Below are positions 1 to 13,500 of a DNA stretch of 64,000 bases, piece after piece (position 1 is the first letter of the stretch; the number at the start of each line of letters is the position of its first letter). The notes below the pieces were generated by a model, which was not told where the DNA came from, made no database searches, and saw only the letters and a program-made list of their open reading frames with translations. The position numbers and the translations under genes were made by a program. The DNA comes from Enoplolaimus lenunculus (Eukaryota): contig JASANG010002509.1 of NCBI GenBank assembly GCA_030248215.1, forward strand, positions 310,001 through 374,000, in the 5' to 3' direction.

Positions 1-1282
1 CCCATTTTGAAATCCTGGATCCGCCACTGATTGTAGAGAGTTAAAATTGCGAAGTAGGCTCAAAATGAACTTGTGTATATACTCACTGACCGGCATATTT
101 TTCAGCTATATAACCTACTGCGGAAGCATTTGCATGGCAAAATTTGCACAACAACGCCAGCTGATAGCGCCTTCGCGAAGCTGTCACCCCACTCTTGTCA
201 GAACGTCCAATACTAAACCTGTGAAATTCATAGTTCGAACGGTTACTTTATAAAAAAACAATATCGCATCGAATTTCAACTCGTTTTGCCCGAGACAAGA
301 CAGAACTTCAAGACTGAAATGAAACTTTTAAACTTTGAACCTGTATTTAAGTAATTTCTGTTTCCCATTAGGAAGCAATGTATTGTTTTGTTCAAATATT
401 AACTTTACTACGCTGTTAATGATATGCTAACTTCATTTGATTGTTATGTGTTGATAAGTGTGAAAAACTATACTCGAAGGTAAATAAAATGCCAGATTTG
501 TAACATTCGAGAACAATACTCGGTTGATAGCAGTATGCGACTGAACAGCAATTTCATAATTTTAAAGTATCGAAATAATTACCGAGTTTGCAAAATCTAT
601 TGCGTTGCCCGTATTCTCAAATGTGTGTTGCAACTATCACCAGTTTTGTGATTGGTCTTGCAATTTGTCCAATCACAGACTGACAACCTTTAAAATACAG
701 CTCATGTTCAAAATTTCGATTTACATTTACTTCTATGGAAATAGTGTTACGGTATGATCAACGAGTAAACAAGTTGTGACCCTGACAATATTGAGGTAAT
801 AATTGTAAGCTTTCGCAAGTTTGAAAACCAATCATTGATTGGTGATAGGTGATATATGCATTTGATACTGTTATATATGTCGTATTTCAAATAGTAATTA
901 GCCAAATTCCGAATTGGGCTAGTCTAATTCCGAATTGGGAATGTCCAGGGCAATCATTACGACTTGCGCTAGCCCCGGCGTAATTATTTCTATGCGACAA
1001 GTGCACGCCTTGTGATTGGTTACTACCTTAATGCCACACTCAAATACGATTGGCTGTTGCGAATACTTTTTCTGATTGGCTAAGTAATATATACGTACAA
1101 GGTAATTCTGTTCGTGCGAACAATTATACCTCAATGTATTAGTTTTGATACGTTTAAAAAATTCACGCATTCGCCACCGAATCAGGAACGTCTCTATTCC
1201 CCGATGAAATTTAAAATTGAAATAAATCAAAATATTTGGCTAAGTTCGCTTTAAAAACTGTACAATTTCGTGATTGTTTCAG

Positions 1283-1510
1283 GCGAATTGTATCTCGATG
1301 CAAGTCTTCGACGCGGCGGAGCGACTGCATATTTTCTAAAAATTCACGCGTTCGACGCTGACGGCAACCAAAGCGCATCCGCAGCGATGGTCACCATCTC
1401 AGTGCTCAGCGATTCGTATCCGTCTCCGGTTTTTGAGAAATCGCGGTATTCGTTTGATGTTCGCGAAGATACGCTGCCCGGTATTGCGATTGGACGAGTC
1501 AAAGCAACCG
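1283..1510 (+). CDS. Dachsous exon (first visible)
   Basis: tttcAG acceptor; GELYLDASL...PVFEKSRYSFDVREDT...KAT; donor GTAATG. Confidence 0.85.
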
Positions 1511-4500
1511 GTAATGCTGAAAAAAACACTGTTCGCTGAAAGCATAAATTGCACAACAGCGTCTTCAAATAGGGGGGGGCTACAACGACATGGTCCCCTT
1601 CTATAATTTTGACAGCTTTATTTCTGTGGATTAATAAATTGCAAGCTGAGACAAATTGAGGCGTAAAACAATAGCATAAGGGTTGCGCTATACTTTATTG
1701 AGCTGGACACTGGCCCGCGCCGCCGCAAGGCGCGGTGCACCGCACGCCCTACGGCTTGGGGTAATTTTTAATAAAAAATTTTGCAGCGTCGCTCGTCGAC
1801 GCCCGGCGGCGCGCTGTGGCGTGCGACAGCCTGCAGCGGTGCGCGGTGTCGTGCGGCCATTATGGCGTAACCTTAAGTCAAATAATTCACATGGCCCCCT
1901 CAAACCAGAATCGTGGCGCTACGGCCATGAAACTGCATCAGCACTAAGAAATTTGGCTTTTTACCACAAAAGCTAGGCACATGTCTTTGCTCTTTGCAGG
2001 CCCGTAGCCAGCTCACCTTGTTAGGGGAGGGCTGAAAATCTACTAGCAGTGGCATTCAATGCTTTTCAATGAGCTCCAAGCAAAGTTCAAAATTATCTAG
2101 GGGGGCCAGAACTTTCCCAGGGGAACTGAGCCCCGCCCCCTGCCCCCCCTATTAGCTACGGGCCCGGCTCTTTGACTTGAATTATGAATTGTTTTTCTGC
2201 TAGGAAGAGAACGAACTGAACAGCGTTTTTGATTGCAACTTCGGTTATTATTAATTATTGCTTGAGTTGCCGAGACTTGACTTAAGTTCGAGTTTGACTT
2301 AAATCGACATTTCACTTAAGCATTGAAATTTTATAGTCAAATCGAACATTTTCAACATTGATTTCTCGTTGCCAGGAAAAACGTACTTACCACAAACGGG
2401 TACTATTTTTGGGTTTCTGGACTTGGCCATGAAGTGAGTTTAAATAACTCGACAAGAAAATGAACATTTTTATAATCGACCTTCAAACTTAAGTCTGATT
2501 TCTTAAATCAAAAATCGACCAAAGTCCGAGATCGACTTAAGTTTCGTCTGAGCAACCCAGTCAATTATTTATTTAATTATTATTTAGGTAATGGCATGGT
2601 GAGTTATTCAATTTACGCTGGTGATCCAAAAGGTCTGTTCAACATAGAACCGTCCACTGGTGCAATTCTGGTCCACAAATATCTCGATCACGACGCTCAG
2701 GAAGCCGTTTTGCTCAACGTCCAGGCGGCAGTTGGTGACCCACCCGCGTACAATCATACACAGGTACGTTATGGAACCAGTGGCTGATCCAGTGGAGCGG
2801 TGATGTATTGCCCGCGCCATCGGATTTGTCAGGCTGCAAATTTTGCCATAAAAATACTTCAACGTGTATGTTCTAGCCAAATTGGTGGCAAATATGGCTG
2901 GGTTGTTAGTTGAATTCAAAATTATTGCACTTTCGACGCAATTGGTCAGTCTTTAAGCATTGATAAGATTGCTATAGACGCACTTTAAAATTGTAAAATT
3001 TAGGCACGCAATTGTATTAACCTTCCCCACCGAAAATGCTTCAATCCGCAACGGTATAGAATACATCACACTAGTAATTATAGCTAGAGCTAACAGGGTG
3101 AGTCCCGAGTACTTATGTATTTTTAGCATAAACACAAACAAAGGGATCGAGGGTGGTTGGGCCCCCTCTCAGAAACTGTGACACCAGACAAAAAATATTT
3201 AGGCGACCGAACACAAGCGACGCAAAATTTTTACTGGTTAATTTTAATATTTCCTATTATTAAATAAATACTGTTTTCGTTTAAATGCTACACTGTAAAT
3301 TCCCAGTGAGATGATATAAACTCACAATGAGTTGAATCACTCAGTCTGAATTGCGACAATCAGAACTCATTATTGTGAGTTAATTCAACCCATTCTGATG
3401 TAAACTAATAAATTCCCCTATAATCAACTCAACTCAGAATGAGAAACAAATCCAGCTCAGTGTGAATTAAAGTTTACTGTTACTAACTCAGAAAAAACTA
3501 ACTTTCCGTCCGAGTCGACTAATTATGCAATTTACAGTGTTCGCCTAACCTTAAAGTCTTACTGTACTTATCAGCAATTGGCAAAGACAAAGCTTATATT
3601 TTAGGTTCAAATTCGAATCAGTGACGTTAACGACAATCCACCTCAATTTGACGCTCACAAAATTTCCGTGTCTGTCTACGAAGATACGGCCGTCGGAACG
3701 TCAATATTTACAGTAAAAGCGACTGATAAAGACAGCGGAGCAAACGGTCAAGTATCGTACAGGTTGCGTCCAGATGACGACGTTGGGATGTTTCGAATTG
3801 ATGCAGATACTGGCGAGATTATGCTTTCGAAAGCGATGGATTTCGAAACAAAAACGGTAAGGTTGACAGACTGGCGGACGGATGACCAAGTCATCCACGC
3901 CTTGATCTCACCAACAGGAATCAAACCTAAATTTTAAAATTTGGTCGTGAAGCGGTAGGTTTCTCACTCGCTTTGATCGTAAATGCTTTGTCATTTACTA
4001 CGTATGACACGGCATTTTCCATCCGAACTTTCTGGATCGACAATTGTAGGTTGAAACGTAAAGATATTGATATATTGTTGGTAATTTTGGATAAATCACT
4101 GGGTAGTAACTGACAGGAAGCTAGCGGTTCTGGCTCAGAGCGGCAGGGATTTTTGACGGGGGCGGGGCGGTGTGGCAAATGTTATGAAACACCAAAAATT
4201 GTAACATAGAAACTGAATCATTTTACCACCAAAAAATAATTTTGTGAGGTGGAAAAATTGTTTAAGATAGGGAGAGACGTTATCATGTTATCACCAAAAA
4301 CATTTCTGATGAGGAACATTGTCAGGTAGGAAGCTTACTATTTGATCACAAAAAATTTCTGATGGGGGGATGGCGTACGCCCCTTTTGCTCAACCCCCAA
4401 TAATTTGTTATTTTTCGTTCTTATCGTCCGGATTATTAGGTTTTACTAGAATAACCAACCAATTTCGGTGTTTAATGGGAACTGCATATCGAATCCGTAC

Positions 4501-7500
4501 ATCAATAATCATACAAGTCCCAAAAGCTTTCAGTTCTGTATTTTAGGCATCGTTAGTCAAAGTTAACTTATTGAACTTCCACAATAACATGCATACACCA
4601 GGTGACATTTGAGTGGGTAGTGTCAGTGACACATTCCTTGACGCTGAAGCCGCAAAGCTTCAGTATCTTGGACACTGAAGCTTTTTTTGGATTCTTAAAT
4701 AATAACACAGCAGTACATCAAGCTTTAAAGCATAACATAAACTAAAATTTCGAAACACACAAAATCTTAAAATATCGCTTATACTGACGTTCATGATCGA
4801 TCATAAAAGTCGGCAAAAGTTTTAGCTATGATTGCGAGATTTCAAATTCGGGTACAAAATCTATTACCAGGTCGTGACAGATGCCATGGCCGTAGGGACG
4901 ATATGGATAATGGGATATTACGGTCTATCAAAACCTTTAAATCAAGGATAACTTACGTTGCAAACTGAAAAAGTATCCAAAAACTATACTCGTGTACAAA
5001 ACCCGTAAAAATAAGCGTTGACCCATAAGCTTCCCTAGCCAGCGTTGGAGCAGCCACCCCACATACCGCCCATTTGGGTGCCTCCGCCCTAACTGGTTTG
5101 AAACAAAAACCGCTTAAGTTTTAAAATGCGTCTGGCTTCTCGCTCGCGAGTTCGCCCGCCCCCCTCAGGAATTTCGGGGGAGCTCCTACCCCTGCCTACT
5201 CCGGCACTGTCCCTAGCTACGCCTTCATAGGTGCTGTACAAGTTAAAACACTACGAATTTCTACTACATTTTAGCATTATACCCTGATGGTTCTTGCTGA
5301 CGACGGAGGGCGGCCTGCATTGACGGGAAACGTCTCGATAACCGTATCCGTATTGGATTCCAACGATAACCCACCAGTTTTTGACCAACCATATTATTCA
5401 ACGACCATTTCAGAAGATACCCCGGTTGCTACGGTTGTATTTGAGGTACAAAATGTGTTTTATTTTTATTCCGGTTTGCTCTGACGTCCGCAAGCGGAAC
5501 GTAAGCGCCTGCCTGAAACAGTTCGTTAGCTTGCAGGATTGTAGCGAAGTTGAACCAGCAAAAATTGCTGTTTTGTGCCATAGACGTTAGCAGTAAACGT
5601 ATCCGGAAATCACCGGAACAATGTGTGCTGCCCTTGAAATTTTGTTACGCAATCTCAATGGTTCATACAGATAGTTGAAACGGCTATATCCGTTTGCACA
5701 AGACTTGATGATTTTAGACATTGCATATTAAACCGCAGATAACCAGGGGCTGATGGAACTGGCAATGATAATTCTAGCCAAGTTACCATAAAGTGTTATT
5801 GTTTAGGTACACGCGTCCGACGCAGACTCACCCAAACACGCTCAATTGATGTACTCAATCCCTGACCCGAACATTGGCGCATATTTCGGTGTCTACCCGG
5901 GAAGCGGGCAAATATTTATTCGCCGCGTGTTAGATCGCGAAACTCGCAATGCGTACACGGTACGAGTTGCAGTGTCTGACGGCGCGCATTCAGTGCGCGC
6001 AGACATTGCAATTCGTATCGCGGACGTTAACGATAACGCGCCGAATTGTTCAGCAAGCGTCAACGGCAGGATTGCTGGCCATTTGAAGATTGAAGAAAAT
6101 CAGCCAGACAATACTGCTGTCGGCGCTATCGGTGCGTTTGACCCTGACCAGAGTCAAAATGGAACCGTCTACTATTCGATGGAAGAACATTCGACACTGT
6201 TCCGAGTCGACAGTGAAACAGGTTTGACTCAGTGCCGGAAGTTACATTTAATTCAAAAAAAATTGTCTTATGCATGGGTGTAGATTGATTTTGCAATGCG
6301 GGTGTACGTTTTCGTTATTTAAAAATTTTGAAGGTCTTGTGTTACAAACTAAAAAACTATCTAAAATCGCCTTTACAACAAATCCCAAGGGGGATCGAGC
6401 TCTGAAACGTTCCCTTGGTTACGCTTTTGATTATTTATATGTGTGGTGTATTTACTTGACATTTGAACTTGTGATGTCGAAATGAATAGGGGGCGGTGTG
6501 CGGCTCCCCTCGCGTACTAAATATTAATACAGTGTCTTGTGTGTGGTTTCAAATTTATTTACCCGTTCTTATTAACAACTGGGCAATTCGTCATACCTTA
6601 CGTCTTAATATCGAGTTTATCAGCTGTTAATCCATTAACGTATAGAGTATACTATGAGCAACTAAATACAAACAATATATGAACAGCACAGACACTGTGA
6701 GCAGTGTTTAACAATTCTGTCATATGTGCGCAGTGTAAAATTTCTACAAAACGTGAGAGCCCCCTCGGGCTCGAGCGTCAAGCTCCTATAGCTGAGTGGT
6801 CATCGTAAACGCGTCACACACGAGAGACTGGGGATCGGATCTTACCTTGAAAGTGTATCTCATATGAAATTAAAAATATTCATGTGAGAAAGGGTTAATT
6901 TCAGGAATGGTTTACGCCCTGAAATCGCTTGATCATGAAGCTCGTCGCAGTTATCAACTGTTGCTCAAAGCTTACGATCGAGGTTCACCACCTCTTGCAG
7001 CAGATTGTCCAGTGACAATCCAAGTGGGTGACGTCAACGATAACGCACCGTTTTTTATGCAACCTCCATCATCTCGAATTCGGTTTCAAGAAGAGCGACC
7101 AACCGCCTCTGAAGTGGTCCAAGTCAGAGCGTCTGATCCTGATGCTGGAAATAATGGAACTGTTCGGTATAGTATTGTTGGAGGTGAGTTGAAACGGTTT
7201 TTGCCGGATACTTAAAGCTGAACGGAAGTTCTGAAATGGATATAGCATCTGGTACTTGCTCAATATAGGTTTTCAGACAAACGAACTGCGCATAGATGCT
7301 ACGGCCCATGTTACTTTAAGGGGTGTCCTGGTTTCTGGTGGGTCTATAAAAGAGTAGGTTTAGATTCTAGATTACGGTTTTTTGCTTAGGCGTAGGCTTA
7401 GGAACACACTTTTGCAACGCTTATGCTTAGGCTTAGGTTTAGAAATACGCTTAATCTACTGTTACAGCACTAAAAGTAACATTGGCACCCGTACGGCGAC

Positions 7501-10500
7501 GTCCGTCACCGTCCGTCACCATACATTATCGTACGTGAGTTATTTGCGTACGATACCACGCAGTAACAGACGGTGCCGCACGGTGACGAACGGCGCCGTA
7601 CGGGTGCCAAACTGCGCCTTACGGGTGACGGACACCACCGTACGGGCGACGGACGCGTCAAAAAAGTATAGCGCAACCGTAAATTTTAACAACGGGAACA
7701 CAAGTATTGGGGTGAAATTTATAGCATTTTGAACCGGATAATTTTACCATTTTTTGTTATTTTAGGTGAAACGCAACCGTTTGCAATCGATCAAGAAACA
7801 GGTGTTATCAGCGCAACGCGAATACTCGACTACGAATCGGACAAACGCGTCTACAAGCTATCGATCCTAGCCGAAGATGCGGGGACGCCGTCTCAAACTA
7901 GCGTCAAATCGTTGACCGTTGAGCTGACAGATGTTGATGACGGTGTTCCGAACGAAGTTGAACTGCTAGTAACGTTTGAAATATCTGAAAACACACCAAT
8001 CGGGTCAAAAATTGGCCAGATTGACCCGAACTTCAACTCGAGTCAAGATTTCAGAGAGTCTGCGTTGAGTGGCACCGATCCTAGTCGCACAACTGACTCC
8101 CAAGCGAGCACGAATAAGAATTTAGACGTTCGCTATGATATTATAGCTGGCAATCGGCTAAATTTGTTTGATATTGATCGACTTACCGCTCAGCTGTATC
8201 TACTGCGGCCTTTAGACTACGAAACGTTGAATTTATTATTTTTAAAAATTCGTAAAATCGACACAAAACCGTTTGGGTCGCTTGCCGCTAGCGGGTCAGC
8301 GCCCGCGAGAACCACGTCAATGATTCATGCGAAAATATACGTCACCGATGTCAACGATAACGCTCCGATGTTCGAAGAAGATCCGATTGTGTTTTCGGTG
8401 CCAGAAAACGTTGGAATTGGACAAGTTCGGGTTTTTGGAATTTTGAATAATTTGTACAAACCTCAGATATAAAGTGTGGTAAAATATCGGTTTGGTGTTT
8501 ACGCGATACTTTACTGCTGGGCGTCTGCATTAAGAGCCATTATAACTGGTCTACGGCATAGAGACTTGACTTGAGTCGACCTTCGACTCTAACGAATGTT
8601 TGTGCTTAGTCAAAAATGCATTTAAGATTAATGGTCGCAGTGTTTGTGTAAATCCGAATTTGTAAGCTTAGTAATTATTATCAATGTATAATCGCGAGCT
8701 CCAAGGGGGAGTCAGGGAGGATCAGCCCCCCCCTGGAAAAATTTCGCCCCCCCTAGACGATTTTCAATGTTTCTTGTAAGTCATTGAAAACCCTTGAATG
8801 CTCCACCTGAAAAATTTTTGGCCACCCCTAACAAGGTGAGCTGGCTACAGACCTGTATAGTCGACACAACAAGCTTAAAATGAGCAAAGGCTTCTGACAA
8901 CATCAACTATTAAATATGGCAAGTCGAAATGTTGTCCGAAATTTCTGAGTTAATTTAATGTTGTTTACAAAATTTACAAACAATTGTCAATTGAAAGACA
9001 AGATAGATCATTAAGTCATATCTTTGCAACTCAGGCCATTTATTCTAAAAAGTGAAATGTTCTTGTATGCAAGCAGTGATAATTATTCATTAATTACAAC
9101 TCTATAGCTACTACTTCTAAGCTTATCCTGCTTATCGGGTTTATAATATCTACACACGCTAAACGTTTTTTAGGTAATCTGGACGTATAACGCAAGCGAT
9201 CGCGACACCGGATCCAATGGACGTGTGAAATATGCAATCGAAAAGCAACTTCCGAAAGAAGTTTTCGATTTGGATGCGCTCAGCGGTGAAATGTGGGTCG
9301 CACGCCAATTGGACTACGAACAGTTTGCCGAGTATATGGTCGTTGTTACGGCAACAGATCAAGCGGCGACTAAAAGCGAACGGAAAGTGACCAAAGTGAC
9401 GTCAAGGTTAGTGTGTGTGATTTTGTAGTTTAACGTTTTAGGTCACACGTGCAAGTTTTTGCTGCGAAAACTTGCAGCTGCAAATTGCGCGCAGAACTGG
9501 CATTTTTTCATCAGCCAATGAGAAAGCGGTCGCAATAAATTCAGTGGTCTTGCATGGTTATTCACACATGTGAACTATATTCCTAGCTATGATTTTTAAT
9601 GAATTATTTGCAGCTGCAAGTTTTTCGAACAGGATTTTGGATAAGACTTGCAAATGCAAGTTGCAGCTGCAAGTTCTCGCAGCGAAAACTTGCACGTGTG
9701 AATAGGGTTTAACGCATATGTTCAATATTTACGGCAAACTTTAAAAACGACAAAAATATTTAGTATTTTCGAAAATTATAATTTTTACTTCTGGCTTTTT
9801 GCAATTAATTTGTAATCTCAAATTTTTTGGTATTTTTAACATGTAAAACTTGCTTCCGTTTTACTTGCGTTTTATTTATTATTATCATTGCTTATTAAAT
9901 ATCAGCCAAAACATTTTTTATAGGATTTACGTCACTGACATCAACGATAACAGCCCGGTATTCATCAGCCCGGCATCTCTTGTAATCTTAGAAGACGAAC
10001 CTTTGGGTCGGCCGCTGTTTCATGTGGTGGCACGCGATGCTGATTGGCGTGATAACGGCCGAGTATCCTACAGCATAGTTGACGGTAACGAACAAGCTGT
10101 GTTCGCATTGAATGAGACTGACGGTAAACATTTTTGGTATATTCACCGGAGGGAATTATTAATTGATCAAGCTGAAGGTCTACATTGCATTAAAGGATAA
10201 TATTAACATCTTCTCGCATAGACTAGACTGCGAGCAACTTAGAACAATTTGTGTAGCTACGCGGTTAGAGCAGCGGACTGGTAATCCGTACGGCGTGGGT
10301 TCGAACCCAATCGCGTCGGCAGCTAAATTTTCGTGAAGGGCTCTGTATGGTATTGCTAGACTTAAAATATGTATAGGTAAATTAATACAGAATGTGCAGC
10401 GTTAAACAATTACAACGCGTATGCGCAGTGTATACGTCTTCACAAGACGTGAGAACCCCCTCTGAATCGAGCTTCACGCCCCTACAGCTGAGTTGTGCTC

Positions 10501-13500
10501 CGGGCGTTGCGTTTTTGGCCGACCACCTACTTTTTTGAGGGGGTCGCTATCACATGAATACGCTAAATTACACTATATGACGATCATGTTTGATGCCGGA
10601 TACATGTACCCAGCTGTTGAAGTATGCATCATCCACTCTTGATTATGCTAAATATTCATGTGAGAAAGGGTTAAACATCTCGCGGGCTGCTATCTAGTTT
10701 GGACACTTGCACTGTTTTACGTCTAGCATTATTTTGTTTCTGTTCTACAGAACCTGTAACGTTTATTTTGTTTTTGGAAAGAAATTTTATTCATGAAACG
10801 AACAAGCCCACCTACCAAATTTAAGCGTGGATATTAATATTTTCTTGAGTACCATTTTATTTCAACAGTCCAACTATTATTTTATGCCCGTCGTTGTTTT
10901 GATTTTTGTTCATCGGACCTGTAACCTTTTTTTGGGTTTTCTTATATGCCCACGTTACTACTTCATCCCCCCATAGGCGACAAATTGATTGTGTAAACAC
11001 TTCAATCACATTATGCTATATATCGTCGATTCAATTCGTTATAGAAAAATACTTTTCTGAATAAATATTTTCAGGTGCGTTACAATTTGTCCGCCATATC
11101 AGTTCACTGCCAGTCGCCGAACGTCGCCGTCATTTTCAGCTTCGTATCGAAGCGCGTGATCACGGCTCACCTATGACTCGTTCAACGATACAAACGCTTG
11201 ATATTAATATTGAAGACGTCAGCAATAACGCTCCACGATTCCTTCAATCGATTTACTATGCAAATGTTAGCGAAGATTCACCGCTTGGCACTCGCGTCAT
11301 TCAACTCAAAGCAAGCAAACCCGATGCTGAAAGTATGTCATTTTGGACTCAAATTCTCACAGTATAGGTTTGCGTTCTCCAAAGAACTTTAAACTATTAG
11401 CTATGTGATTAAGTGCTGTATTTTGAATTAGCTATAACAACTACTAGATTGCCAGCTTTACGCAATACGCAAACGTTAGCGAAAGCACAAAAATTTCCTT
11501 GCAAATTTTCTTTTCATAGAACAATCGCGTGTATTTGTTAAGAAATTATTGTAAACAAAGTAATGCTGGAAATTTGCCCAAAATACGTATGTGGGGCATT
11601 CCAGCGTTAATATATAGATTATACGCTCTCAATGCATCGTGTTTCTCATTTGTTTCAGTTTTGTAAAAGATTTTAACAAATATTCGCATGCTGATAATTT
11701 GAATTTGAGAATGTTTTCAGGCAAAAGCTCAAAAATCATTTACGTGTTTCCTCAAAGCGTCGAAACTGGTTCAAAGTTTAAACTCAATCAGCGAACTGGA
11801 GAAATTGAAACTGTTGAACTGTTGGATCGAGAAGAACGCGACGAATATGTGATCACTGGTAAGAAAATGGTTAATATTGCGCCGATGTTCCAAGTCCATA
11901 ATCATAAAGTGTTACAAGATGGGTCAACGAGATCCATAAATTTGTCCAGGGTCAATGAGATCCATAAAGTTGTCCAGGGTCAATGAGATCCATAATGTTG
12001 TCCAGGGTCAATGAGGAAAGTTGTCCAGCGTCAATGAGATCCATAAAGTTGTCCAGCGTCAATGAGATCCATAAAATTGTCCAGGGTCAATGAGATCCAT
12101 AAAGTTGTCAAGGGTCAATGAGATCCATAAAGTTGTCCAGGGTCAATGAGATTTATAAAGTTGTCCAGGGTCAACGAGATCCATAAATTTGTCAGGGTCA
12201 TGAGATATAAAGTTGTCCAGGGTCAATGAGATTTATAAAGTTGTCAGGGTCAATGAGATCATAAAGTTGTCAGGGTCAATGAGATCATAAAGTTGTCCAG
12301 GGTCACGAGATTACAAATTTGTCAGGGTCAATGAGATCCATAAAGTTGTCCAGGGTCAATGAGATCCATAAAGTTGTCCAGGGCCAATGAGATCCATAAA
12401 GTTGTCCAAGTTCAATGAGATCATAAAGTGTCCAGGGTCAATAAGATCATAAAGTTGTCAAGTTCAATGAGATCCATAAAGTTGTCCAGGGTCAATGAGA
12501 TCATAAAGTTGTCAGGGTCAATGAGATCATAAAGTTGTCCAGGGTAATGAGATATAAAGTTGTCAGGGTAATGAGATCCATAAAGTTGTCCAGAGTCAAT
12601 GAGATCCATAAAGTTGTCCTGGGTCAATGAGATCATAAAGTTGTCCAGGGTAATGAGATCATAAAGTTGTCAAGTTCAATGAGATATAAAGCTGTCAGGG
12701 TAATGAGATCATAAAGTTGTCCAGAGTCAATGAGATATAAAGTTGTCTGGGTAATGAGATCATAAAGATGTCCAGGGTCAATGAGATATAAAGTTGTCAA
12801 GTTCAGTGAGATCCATAAAGTTGTCCAGAGTCAATGATATCAAAAAGTTGTCAGGGTCAATGAGATCTATAAAGTTGTCCAGGGTCAATGAGATCATAAA
12901 GTTGTCCAGAGTCAATGATATCCAAAAAGTTGTCCAGGGTCAATGAGATCCATAAAGTTGTCCAGGGTCAATGAGATCCATAAAGTTGTCCAGGGTCAAT
13001 GAGATCCATAAAGTTGTCCTGGGTCAATGAGATCCATAAAGTTGTCCAGGGTCAATGAGATCCATAAAGTTGTCCAGGGTCAATGAGATCCATTAAGTTG
13101 TCCAGTGTCAATGAGATCCATAAAGTTGTCCAGGGTCAATGAGATCCATAAAGTTGTCCAGGGTCAATGAGATCCATAAAGTTATAAAGTTGTGCAAGTT
13201 CAGTGAGATCCATAAAGTTGTCCAGAGTCAATGATATCCAAAAAGTTGTTCAGGGTCAATGAGATCCATAAAGTTGTCCAGGGTCAATGAGATCCATAAA
13301 GTTGTCCAGAGTCAATGTATCCAAAAAGTTTCGAGGGTCAATGAGATCCTGAGTGAGATCCATAAGTTGTCAGGGTAATGAGATATAAAGTTGTCCTGGG
13401 TCAATGAGATCATAAAGTTGTCAGGGTCAATGAGATCATAAAGTTGCCCAGGGTCAATGAGATCATTAAGTTTCCAGTGTCAATGAGATCATAAAGTTGT

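Noticed and set aside
1683..1976. Arg/Ala/Gly-rich ORFs (also 7382-7732, 47080-47945, 61464-61815)
   Set aside because: They lie within GC-rich palindromic or TIR repeat elements, and low stop-codon frequency explains them.
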